Virus record (IMG/VR): IMGVR_UViG_3300037420_000518
Location: 1-61,265 of that record
DNA length: 61,265 nt
Strand: one strand, 5' to 3'
DNA from: a virus
Position numbers and translations under genes: made by a program. The stretch's first letter is position 1. Each line of letters begins with the position of its first letter. The notes beneath the pieces were generated by a model that saw only the letters and a list, made by a program, of their open reading frames with translations, did not search any database and was not told the origin of the DNA. Of the stretch, positions 30,084-38,192 are shown piece by piece.

Positions 30084-32252
30084 ATGGATAAGATAATTGC
30101 CGCCAAGCTTGACTCGAAGAGCGGGATGTATGACGCGTCATTGTGTACCAAACTGGCAAAGCAGACACGGGACTACGTGAATGCAGGGCTGCAATGTCTC
30201 AACTACTATGTCTGCGACCTAGACGCCGCGAACGACATGGTTCAGTGCTGGGCTCAGGTATCAGGCGACACGGCAAAGACATGGGACAGCAACCAATCTG
30301 AGCGCAACAAGCCAGAGCGGTTCATTCATCCAATGGCCGCTACACAGATGGCGACCTTAGCGACATTCATCAGCCAGATTCTCTTCGGAAGTGCTACGTC
30401 TCGACGAGTAGAGGCTCGCAGGGATGAAGAGGAGAAGTCAGCAGACATGATGAACGAGCTTCTCCAGTGGAATGACGATCAGCAACCAACCTACCTACAA
30501 GGCTATCTTTGGATATGGGACTCTCTAACGTTCAATCGGGGCGTAATGTACGATCATTGGCAAGACATCGCAAAAGTCGAGCTAGAGAAAGTCGAGGAAG
30601 AAGACCCGTACGCGGAAACACCGGATGCAGTGGAGGGCCAACCAACTCCAGAGCGACCGAAGTACACACGCTACCGGAAGCGCCGGAAGGTGATAGCGGG
30701 ATTCAACAAGGTTGAGTTAATCAGCCCGTACGACTTCATTAGTGACCCGATGTTGCCACACCTCCGATTTCAGGAGGGAAGATATGCTGGGCATCGCACG
30801 ATGATCCCATGGCAGGAGCTTAAACGCCGATCAGAGCTTCCTGTTGAGGATTACATGTATGTGACCCCGGCTGTAGTAGAGAAGCTGAAGAACCGTCCAA
30901 CGGCTGGTGGAAACCGGATCACAAACGCCCTTAGTCAGCCAATGACAGCCAGCCGTAGCCGTTCCTTTTACGAGCGTACACGGCGCGGGAATCCTGCGGG
31001 ATACGAGGGCGGCACAGAAGCCGTAAACAAAGAAGACGGCGGCATGATTGAATGCTTCTGCGTTCACATCCGAATCCCTCCAAAGTCGTTCAATCTTTTT
31101 GACGACGATGAGCCCGAGATTATTGAGGTGTTAATGGGTGGAGAGCAGGAAATCCTGAGCGTCAATATCATGCCGAACGTGCATGACGAGTACCCGTATG
31201 CCGTGGGCGAAGCGCGACCTAATGCGCATTATCAATTTGCACCATCGTGGGCTTTGATCATTAAGCCGATTCAGGATTGGGTTGATTATCTCAAGAATCG
31301 GCACGCTCGATCAATCGCCAGGACTTCAGGGAACATCTTCATTGCCGACCCAACGAAGGTTGATATTCAGGCGTTCACGGACCCGGACAAAGACGGGTTG
31401 ATTATTCCTCTGAAAGAGGAAGGGCAAGGAGTCCCAATTGATCAAATCATTAAGCAGGTGCCCGTTATCGACACCACGGCCAATTTCCATGCCCAAATGG
31501 AGATGTGGATTCAACATGGCGAGGTAACCACAGGGGCACACGCATTCGTTCAGGGCCAAACCGAGGACTCGGGGCAGACTGCCACTCAATTCACAGGGGT
31601 TCAGCAGATGGCTACAGGTCGCATTAGCAGCGTTGCTCGAATTTTGTCTGTTTCTGGACTGGTGCCTCAAACACGCCGCTTTGTGTGCAATTTCCAGCAG
31701 TTTGCGCCGGATGAAATGACGATCCGAATCACTGGTAACTCTACGGACTTTGACGCCGACGACTCACAGACAAAGTTCCTGACCATCCGCCGCGATAACG
31801 AAGCTTTCCCTCCGACTGATCCACGGTTCGCCATGCCGGACATTCAAGCAGAGTTCGACATCAGGCCACATGATGGAAGCTTGCCGGGAACTGACGCTCG
31901 AAAGGTTGCAGCGTTATCAAGGGCCATTGAAGCGTTCGGGGCCAATCCGCAACTTGCCACGTTCTTTGACGACACAGTTCCGGGCAACCTTAACGCCAAA
32001 AAGATTTGGTACGAAGTGCTTAAGGCTTCAGGAATGCCAGTGCGTAATTTCGTGGTAAGTGCTGAGCAGGCGCAAAAGAACCTTATAGCGAAGATGCAAG
32101 CCACAGGCACACCAATGATGCCAGCGGGCGCTGATCCAAATGGACAGGGACCACAATCCGTTAATGTGGGAGGCGGTCTAAAGATTCCAGGTGCGGGACT
32201 TCCACCGCAATCAACGGCTGCACATGCTTTACCTAATCCCGCAAGCGTATGA
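30084..32252 (+). CDS. Portal protein (722 aa)
   Basis: Large ORF downstream of terL and upstream of scaffold and capsid. The call rests on size and position only. Confidence 0.6.
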   Translation: MDKIIAAKLDSKSGMYDASLCTKLAKQTRDYVNAGLQCLNYYVCDLDAANDMVQCWAQVSGDTAKTWDSNQSERNKPERFIHPMAATQMATLATFISQILFGSATSRRVEARRDEEEKSADMMNELLQWNDDQQPTYLQGYLWIWDSLTFNRGVMYDHWQDIAKVELEKVEEEDPYAETPDAVEGQPTPERPKYTRYRKRRKVIAGFNKVELISPYDFISDPMLPHLRFQEGRYAGHRTMIPWQELKRRSELPVEDYMYVTPAVVEKLKNRPTAGGNRITNALSQPMTASRSRSFYERTRRGNPAGYEGGTEAVNKEDGGMIECFCVHIRIPPKSFNLFDDDEPEIIEVLMGGEQEILSVNIMPNVHDEYPYAVGEARPNAHYQFAPSWALIIKPIQDWVDYLKNRHARSIARTSGNIFIADPTKVDIQAFTDPDKDGLIIPLKEEGQGVPIDQIIKQVPVIDTTANFHAQMEMWIQHGEVTTGAHAFVQGQTEDSGQTATQFTGVQQMATGRISSVARILSVSGLVPQTRRFVCNFQQFAPDEMTIRITGNSTDFDADDSQTKFLTIRRDNEAFPPTDPRFAMPDIQAEFDIRPHDGSLPGTDARKVAALSRAIEAFGANPQLATFFDDTVPGNLNAKKIWYEVLKASGMPVRNFVVSAEQAQKNLIAKMQATGTPMMPAGADPNGQGPQSVNVGGGLKIPGAGLPPQSTAAHALPNPASV

Positions 32253-32491
32253 TGGAATCAAAAGCCTTGATGGAAGCAACGCGGCTTCGTGGAGACGAGA
32301 TTCACTCAGCGCGTGAGTTATGGCACAAATCTCATCCTATGCGGCTGATTCTAAACGCTGAATCTGACAGGATGATTGCCGAAGTTCGAACAAAACTTGA
32401 GTCTTGCAAGCCCGATGATCTTGCATCGCTTCAGGGCGAAATCCGAGCCATTCGCAAAATGAAGGGGATCATCAACGAGCAGAACCCATGA
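32249..32491 (+). CDS. Hypothetical protein (80 aa)
   Basis: ATGA overlaps at both ends. Confidence 0.55.
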   Translation: MMESKALMEATRLRGDEIHSARELWHKSHPMRLILNAESDRMIAEVRTKLESCKPDDLASLQGEIRAIRKMKGIINEQNP

Positions 32492-32862
32492 TAACGATTA
32501 AAACCATACCACACGATCAGCAGAGATACGAGACCGTTGGAGATTGGAAGATTTCACCAAACGGAGACATAGAGATTCTGGTCTCTGATATGGGCAATCC
32601 CGACTATGAGTTTTTAGTCGGACTACATGAACTGGTAGAGGTGTATCTCTGTAAAAAGCGAGGCATCACTGACGACCATGTAACAGCGTTTGATGTTTCG
32701 TTTGAGTCATCTCGCCTACCCGGAAACGTTGATGAACCAGGTGACGACCCAAGGGCCCCATACCAGAACGAACACTGTATTGCTACTGGAATCGAACGAC
32801 TTGTATCCGCTGCTCTTGGTGTTCCTTGGAAGGAATACGAAACGGCTGTTAACGCCCTCTAA
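32488..32862 (+). CDS. Hypothetical protein (124 aa)
   Basis: ATGA overlap. Globular, acidic composition. Confidence 0.6.
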   Translation: MITIKTIPHDQQRYETVGDWKISPNGDIEILVSDMGNPDYEFLVGLHELVEVYLCKKRGITDDHVTAFDVSFESSRLPGNVDEPGDDPRAPYQNEHCIATGIERLVSAALGVPWKEYETAVNAL

Positions 32863-32866
32863 ACCT

Positions 32867-33175
32867 ATGCTGGATATTGTTTCTACATGGACTCAAGAGG
32901 TAGACATCAAGTCCGCATATAAGGAATCGATGGAACTGGATGCGTCGTTCTCTGAGCGATGGAATCGCTTTGAGCAAAAAGTTAAAGAGAAACGCCTAGA
33001 AGCGGGGTTGAACTTCCTTAATCGCATTGAAAAATCATCGGACCCAGATCTAAATCACTTCATAACGCTAGAACCGGTCATCAATGATAATGATTCGTAC
33101 AAGGAGGAGTTCGTCATTGATTTGTCCGCCAATTCGGAATGGTTCAAATGTTTGAAAGCGCATCAAAAGACTTAA
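32867..33175 (+). CDS. Hypothetical protein (102 aa)
   Basis: The internal ATG at 32867 follows the previous stop by 4 nt. Confidence 0.55.
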   Translation: MLDIVSTWTQEVDIKSAYKESMELDASFSERWNRFEQKVKEKRLEAGLNFLNRIEKSSDPDLNHFITLEPVINDNDSYKEEFVIDLSANSEWFKCLKAHQKT

Positions 33176-33186
33176 CCAACCCACCT

Positions 33187-34398
33187 ATGCCTACCTACAA
33201 CCCTATTCGTGCGGTTTCGATGTTTAAGCCGCAGATTAACCCGCTGTATTCAGTGTTTCGCGTGTTCTTTGACCCGGACGACGGAGGCGCTGCCGTAGCC
33301 GCTGTTGATTCTCCTACAGGATCACCAATTGCTGCCGTAGAACCGCCTTCTGTATCCGCAGAGCCAGCTTCGGTTATTCCCGCTGGACCTGAACCGACCT
33401 CATCCAAGGTCATCAGCGCAAAGGATGCTCTTGGTCTTCCTGAGTCTCCAAAGGACGCAATCAAGGGAATGGAGGATGCGCTAAAGAAGCGTGTGGATAG
33501 TACCACAACACCGCTTCCGAAAAAGCCAAAGGCCGAAGCTCCAAAACCGCCTGTTTCAAAGCCTACGGAACCCGTCAAAAAGCCGGATGCTCCACCGGTT
33601 GCACCGAAGCCACCGGAACCGCCCAAGATCACATACAAGGGTAAGGAGTACACCCAAGATGAACTAACGAAGCATCTTGAGGAGTTGGAAGCTAAAGCGG
33701 CAGTATCTAAACCGCCCGAAGCACCAAAGCCCGTCGAACCACCGAAACCAACCAAGCCTGAGAAGTCCGTCAAAGAGCAAGATCTTGAATTTATCAACGG
33801 TCGCTTGCCGAATGTGAATTTGGAGGACTACGGCATCAAGCTGGGTGAAGAAGAACTCGACACGATTCTAAGCGGTGGGAAGGAGGCGGCTACATTGTTC
33901 ACCCAGACTCTGGCTAAGGCTATGATTGGCGCTGAGCTATCCGCCCGCAAGTGGATGGCCGAACAAATGAACCCAGTGCTGTCACAAATCAGCCCAGTTA
34001 TTGAGGCTCAACAGTCCGTTGCTCAGTATCAGGCAGAGCAGTCGTTCTTTCAGCAACATGAAGACCTTAAACCGTATCAGCAGATCGTTCGAAATGCGGC
34101 AACCAACATTGCAAAACAAAACCCTGAATGGGTAAAGACCGCGTCGCAGGAAGATTTCAACAAGTTTGTTGCTGAAAATGTTCGAGCGCATTTGAAAGAA
34201 CTGGAAAGCATGGGATTCGTTCCGAAGTCTCAGCAGCCCGAACCAGTAGCGCCAGTTCCTCCCGTATCCTCTCCAGTGCCTACTCCTGCTGCTCCAGTAA
34301 GGCCACAGCCTCCACGTGGACAAATTGGAGGGCACCAAGCCCCTGCCGCGCCGAATCTACAGCGGTCCTTGGCTCAAGATCTATTGGCGCACAGTTAA
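33187..34398 (+). CDS. Scaffolding-like protein (403 aa)
   Basis: Extended Pro/Ala/Lys/Glu-rich, helical protein between portal and major capsid. The start could also be 33139. Confidence 0.5.
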   Translation: MPTYNPIRAVSMFKPQINPLYSVFRVFFDPDDGGAAVAAVDSPTGSPIAAVEPPSVSAEPASVIPAGPEPTSSKVISAKDALGLPESPKDAIKGMEDALKKRVDSTTTPLPKKPKAEAPKPPVSKPTEPVKKPDAPPVAPKPPEPPKITYKGKEYTQDELTKHLEELEAKAAVSKPPEAPKPVEPPKPTKPEKSVKEQDLEFINGRLPNVNLEDYGIKLGEEELDTILSGGKEAATLFTQTLAKAMIGAELSARKWMAEQMNPVLSQISPVIEAQQSVAQYQAEQSFFQQHEDLKPYQQIVRNAATNIAKQNPEWVKTASQEDFNKFVAENVRAHLKELESMGFVPKSQQPEPVAPVPPVSSPVPTPAAPVRPQPPRGQIGGHQAPAAPNLQRSLAQDLLAHS

Positions 34399-34404
34399 AC
34401 CTTT

Positions 34405-34508
34405 GACGGGCGGCGGCGTGGTTAGACACGCGTACGCTGAGCTGCGGGATATGTAGGTGGAGAAGGGTAGCCGCTATCCACTAGAGTTGAGAAATCAACC
34501 CGCCCGTC
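34405..34508 (+). ncRNA. Structured 104-nt RNA element whose 5' part is related to the 1369..1493 element
   Basis: 9-bp closing helix 34405-34413/34500-34508. D-like GCGTG-GTTAGA-CACGC. GAAA-capped hairpin 34486-34499 abuts the closing helix. It shares CGGCGGCGTGG and ACACGC with 1375-1397. Confidence 0.45.
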
Positions 34509-34623
34509 ATTCCTTGACTTTGGATATAAACGATTTACGGTAGCCTCACAACCAAAGGCCGCGAATTAGACGCCGCCACGGCGGTTCAGTTCGGATCTTA
34601 GCTTCGGTTGTGAATAACAAGTG

Positions 34624-34660
34624 AGCCCCGGCCCGTGTGTGCGGTGTCCGGGGTTTTTTG
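34624..34660 (+). terminator. Intrinsic terminator downstream of the scaffold gene and structured RNA
   Basis: CCCCGG...CCGGGG stem followed by TTTTTT (34654-34659). Confidence 0.75.
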
Positions 34661-34677
34661 CGTTGCGGGATATCCCG

Positions 34678-34899
34678 TCACGGAACATTCTGGTATTTCG
34701 CTATCACGCCGGACAGGATTCGTGCTTCTCCCTCAGTCCTACCGAACCCACCCTTTTCGCCACAGTACCGGCATTCATATCGAACAAGGGAAAGTATCTC
34801 AATCTCGCTATCTTCCCTAAAAACCATGCGCTCAGTTACACGTAGCGTTTGCAGATTGCCGCACTGGCATTTAAGCGGAGGCGTGTGAACCCAGGACAT
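34678..34899 (-). CDS. Zinc-ribbon protein (73 aa), possible Ogr/Delta-like regulator
   Basis: 'KCQCGN...(24 aa)...YECRYCGE'. It is a lone minus-strand gene with TGTCTC palindromes just upstream. Confidence 0.5.
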   Translation of the reverse strand: MSWVHTPPLKCQCGNLQTLRVTERMVFREDSEIEILSLVRYECRYCGEKGGFGRTEGEARILSGVIAKYQNVP

Positions 34900-34904
34900 A
34901 ACAA

Positions 34905-34962
34905 TGTCTCACTTTTAGCGTTTCGCGAGACACAAGGGAAGCAATGTCTCACGCGTGAGACA
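34905..34962. promoter_or_regulatory. Operator-like repeats: TGTCTC-N16-GAGACA (34905..34932) and the perfect 18-bp palindrome TGTCTCACGCGTGAGACA (34945..34962)
   Basis: Four TGTCTC/GAGACA half-sites lie within 58 bp, 6-63 bp upstream of the minus-strand zinc-ribbon gene. Confidence 0.6.
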
Positions 34963-35310
34963 AAAGAAAAGCCCCACCAGTACCTACATTAGTCTCTGAC
35001 GCTCTAGACGTCAGGCTTCGGTCTGGCAGGGCTGTTGTGAGCGCCCAATATTAACGACCTTTGGTTGTCAGGCAGGAACGGTCATGCTGCCGCGCTCGTT
35101 TACCGGAAAGGCTTTCGTTTTCCCATACGTCAGGTTTTCCAGTGACAGCCAGGTAATGTTATTCCCGGAACCTGCATCCCTCACGCATTGCCTGTTAAGG
35201 CTTCCGATGCATGAACCGTACAACAGCCAGAACATCACAGTAAAGCCCAAACTTATCAGGCAACGCTATTGACTACGCCTAGGGGTTTGCCGCATACTGC
35301 GTCATCCAAT

Positions 35311-35535
35311 ATGACAAACGATTCTTCTTCCTCGTCTGGGATCGGGTTTACTGGTCTGCTCACTGTTCTCTTTATCGCGCTCAAGCTCACGCACTACATT
35401 GATTGGTCGTGGTGGTGGGTGCTGTCTCCGATTTGGATTTCGATACTCATCGGACTTGGGTTTCTTGTTGTGGTGTTTGGGGGTGCGGCTCTATGGGTTG
35501 CATTGGCGGCATGTATGGGAAGGAAACGCAAATGA
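35311..35535 (+). CDS. Small integral membrane protein (74 aa)
   Basis: 'GFTGLLTVLFIALKLTHYIDWSWWWVLSPIWISILIGLGFLVVVFGGAALWVALAA'. ATG 35311 was preferred to the TTG at 35269. Confidence 0.55.
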   Translation: MTNDSSSSSGIGFTGLLTVLFIALKLTHYIDWSWWWVLSPIWISILIGLGFLVVVFGGAALWVALAACMGRKRK

Positions 35536-35747
35536 GCCTCGATGAGCTTATCAGCTACGCGAAGGACTTGCGCAAGGATCACACTGGAGATACCGAGATC
35601 ACCATTCTATCGAACGGCGCTGTTGAGTCTGTAAATGCCGTGTTCATCTCAACGCTTGTCGGCGGACAATATGATGGGATGCCGGTTCTCGTATTCGTTC
35701 CAATTTCATCGATGGACCATTTCAAAACTCTAGACGCCCAACCATGA
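35532..35747 (+). CDS. Hypothetical protein (71 aa)
   Basis: ATGA overlap at 35532. Confidence 0.5.
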   Translation: MSLDELISYAKDLRKDHTGDTEITILSNGAVESVNAVFISTLVGGQYDGMPVLVFVPISSMDHFKTLDAQP

Positions 35748-35836
35748 ACTACTACCTACTCGGCTACCTCGCGTTTGTGACGCTGTTCTACGGCTGCATA
35801 AACCTCTGCTTGGTGAAGGAGAACCGGAAGCTGTGA
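35744..35836 (+). CDS. Tiny membrane peptide (30 aa), not in the ORF track
   Basis: ATGA overlap. 'MNYYLLGYLAFVTLFYGCINLCLVKENRKL'. Confidence 0.35.
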   Translation: MNYYLLGYLAFVTLFYGCINLCLVKENRKL

Positions 35837-35855
35837 AGCCATTGCCTTAGAATTT

Positions 35856-36086
35856 ATGCAGCCTTACGAATGGAAAACCCGCAATGACATCCCGGAGAAA
35901 TATTACGGCCCGTACTGCGGCGGCGTGAACTGGTGTTGCGATGGCGGACTGCTTAATGGCAACCCGTATCCTCCATTCACCGGGAGACATCACGCATTCA
36001 GGGTTGGATGGATTGAGCAGAACCGGGAGATCAAAGAGCACGGGCGAATCCTCACAGCGGAGGAGTACGCATCAAAAGAAAGCTGA
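35856..36086 (+). CDS. Hypothetical Cys/Gly/Trp-rich protein (76 aa)
   Basis: ORF with 'YYGPYCGGVNWCCDGGLLNGNPYPPF'. Confidence 0.5.
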   Translation: MQPYEWKTRNDIPEKYYGPYCGGVNWCCDGGLLNGNPYPPFTGRHHAFRVGWIEQNREIKEHGRILTAEEYASKES

Positions 36087-36201
36087 CACTGACAAGTTTA
36101 GAAACGGTCCTGGTTTCTATTCAGGAACCCTCGCCAGTGCCAGCAAAGAGAGTATCGGGACTCGGATGCCACTGTAATTCCACTAAACCCGAAAAAAGGA
36201 T

Positions 36202-36345
36202 TTGACGATAGGCGTGTAGGGGATAATCTCACACCTTGTTCAGTCGGAGTCGCATTCCGGTAGAACGAACCAGATTTTTGGGAAACTCGTACTTCCCATC
36301 CTCTAACCCGTTCAGAGATGCGACCTCTGAGCGGGTTTTTCTTTT
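36202..36345 (+). ncRNA. Candidate small RNA unit: promoter-like TTGACG...GATAAT to a strong terminator
   Basis: No convincing ORF. Internal hairpins are present (e.g. GGGAA-8 nt-TTCCC at 36280-36297). It ends in an 11-bp-stem terminator. The promoter spacer is only 14 nt, which is a weak point. Confidence 0.35.
36307..36345 (+). terminator. Strong intrinsic terminator
   Basis: CCCGTTCAGAG-ATGCGAC-CTCTGAGCGGG (11 bp with one G-U) followed by TTTTTCTTTT. Confidence 0.8.
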
Positions 36346-36627
36346 AAACCCCTGAATGGAACTACGCCGGTTCGACATACACACGGCGGACCCCGAGGGG
36401 CTTTGATACTGCTTCAAATGCTGGCGGCGAGCTACGGCTACAAGGATCAACGTACCCGTTGACAGGGTGAAACTCCCAACAGCGAGACGGAAAACGATCA
36501 GCCTCGAATTAAACGGGGCTGCGGTTTTCTTTCTCTCTTTTAGCCTTTTGGTTCTTCTGGGGGGACTTGTTTCTTTTCGTCGTTTTGTCTCTTTGTTTTA
36601 AGGTTGATTGAAATGGTTGTTGATACC

Positions 36628-36671
36628 CGGTCCCGTTTATCAATCTCTCGGTTGTTTTGTCCATTTGGACA
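36628..36671 (+). promoter_or_regulatory. Conserved upstream motif, copy 1: CGGTCCCGTTTATCAATC ... TTGTCCATTTGGACA
   Basis: A near-identical bipartite motif recurs at 54136..54174. This copy lies 69 bp upstream of the capsid ATG. Confidence 0.55.
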
Positions 36672-36739
36672 TAATTAAATCGAGGCGTGAAATTAAAACC
36701 TCAGACGCTTAGCGTCAACAACAACGGGGGGAACCTGTA

Positions 36740-37948
36740 ATGGCTAACGTCGCGGGTTTCCTTTCTACATCGAACGCGCAGGCCACCGACTTGGTGGGAG
36801 AATGGCAAGAAACCGTTCTGGTCCGTAACAGCAAGGGGTTCAATACCGGGTCTACGCTGTTCGGGCTCATGTCTCGTCTGAAAAGCGAGCCTGCGGACAA
36901 CGTAACATATAACTGGTGGGAGCGCGATCCAACTCGGATTACGTTCTACAGCAATGCCGGGTTTGACAACGCCGTCACAACCCTTACTTGGGACGACGGA
37001 AGCGGAAACGCTGTTTATCCGCTGTTCGATGTAAACCAGATTCTTCTCAACGACCGCACCGGTGAACGCGTTCGTGTTACAGCGGCCCCCACAAGCGCCA
37101 ACGTATCTGTGACGCGTGGTGTTCAGGGCACAAGCGCGGCAGCGATCAATGACAACGACGTCTGGACGCTGGTAACGCTGGCAAAGGATGAAGGCGCGGA
37201 CCCAGTTCGGGCCAGCTATGAGGAGCCTACAAGCTACTCGAACCTTATCCAGACTTTCAATGAAACCGTGTTGCTCACCAATGCTTACAAAGCTGGTGTG
37301 CTCCGCACGGACATTGAAGGCCCTCTCCGGGAGCGTCGCTCTCATGCTCTGGAAAAAATCGCGAACCGTATTGAATTCGCCTACTTCCTCGGCGTTAAGG
37401 AGTCCGCCACCGGTATGAACGGTAAGATTTACTACACGGGCGGCATCAAAGACGCCATCGACACTGCCGGACTTACTGCCAACGCTTTGAATGGTAACGG
37501 ATCGTCCGGCGTGACGCTGGATGCATTCAAGACATGGCTGCAGTCGTTCATGCAGGTTGGTTCCGATGTGAAGCTTGCCTTCTGCGGTCCAAAAGCGTAC
37601 GCGGCGATCAGTAACTATGCCAACACGGCGGCGGGCGGTTTCCGCATCATGAACAATGAGACGGTGTTCGGTATGAACATCACGAACATTGTCACTCCGT
37701 TTGGTGAACTCTCGCTGGCGATGCATCCTCTGTTCAAGAATTCGCTGGTGCACAATGACTGGATGTTCGTCGTGGATCTTCAGCTCATCGTTCAAAAGGT
37801 TCTTGAGCCTCTGTTCCTGGAAACCAACATCCAGACACCGGGTCAAGATAGCTACAAGGAACAGTTCCGTGCCAAGCTCGGCATTAAACAGAAGTTCCCG
37901 GAGGCGTTCGGTTACGCCTACGATCTCAGCGTAATCACCGCAACGTAA
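36740..37948 (+). CDS. Major capsid protein (402 aa)
   Basis: Strong RBS GGGGGGAA. Its position after the scaffold and its size fit an HK97-fold coat protein. A 445-aa antisense shadow ORF is typical of highly expressed genes. Confidence 0.65.
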   Translation: MANVAGFLSTSNAQATDLVGEWQETVLVRNSKGFNTGSTLFGLMSRLKSEPADNVTYNWWERDPTRITFYSNAGFDNAVTTLTWDDGSGNAVYPLFDVNQILLNDRTGERVRVTAAPTSANVSVTRGVQGTSAAAINDNDVWTLVTLAKDEGADPVRASYEEPTSYSNLIQTFNETVLLTNAYKAGVLRTDIEGPLRERRSHALEKIANRIEFAYFLGVKESATGMNGKIYYTGGIKDAIDTAGLTANALNGNGSSGVTLDAFKTWLQSFMQVGSDVKLAFCGPKAYAAISNYANTAAGGFRIMNNETVFGMNITNIVTPFGELSLAMHPLFKNSLVHNDWMFVVDLQLIVQKVLEPLFLETNIQTPGQDSYKEQFRAKLGIKQKFPEAFGYAYDLSVITAT

Positions 37949-37961
37949 TAGCTCTTCAATT

Positions 37962-38177
37962 ATGGCACGCGAAATTGCAGAGAAATCAGCCGTTGTGGCG
38001 ACGAGTGCGGAGACCGAACAGGGAACCGTGTTCATCAAGAATCATCTCAACGAAATCATTCACCTCCCTAACGGCGACACATACAAGTTCGCCAAAACCA
38101 GGGAACTCATCACCGATCCTGAACTAGCGTCACAGCTAAAGAAGGTCGCTGACAAATACAAAATCATCGTAGCCTAG
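37962..38177 (+). CDS. Small head-associated protein (71 aa)
   Basis: Directly follows the capsid gene and shares its transcription unit up to the terminator at 38393. Confidence 0.5.
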   Translation: MAREIAEKSAVVATSAETEQGTVFIKNHLNEIIHLPNGDTYKFAKTRELITDPELASQLKKVADKYKIIVA

Positions 38178-38192
38178 AAAGAAGGTTAAATT

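Noticed and set aside
33195-33797. 200-aa minus-strand Gly/Ser-rich ORF
   Set aside because: It is the reverse complement of the Pro/Lys/Ala/Glu-rich scaffold region. The Gly/Ser/Phe repeats are the expected antisense translation.
35068-35272. Two mutually overlapping ORFs of about 60 aa (35084-35272 plus strand, 35068-35250 minus strand) in the cassette gap
   Set aside because: Neither has a convincing start: the minus-strand one uses TTG and neither has an SD. Both have unremarkable compositions and they exclude each other. I left them unannotated.
36229-36450. 73-aa minus-strand ORF
   Set aside because: It runs straight through the 11-bp-stem plus-strand terminator and the sRNA candidate. 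It is Arg/Ser-rich and has no SD.
36701-38038. 445-aa minus-strand ORF, the longest unassigned ORF in the track
   Set aside because: It lies exactly antisense to the major capsid gene. It is Arg/Val/Leu/Cys-rich with no motifs, has no SD, and runs against the operon. It is a typical shadow ORF of a codon-biased, highly expressed gene.
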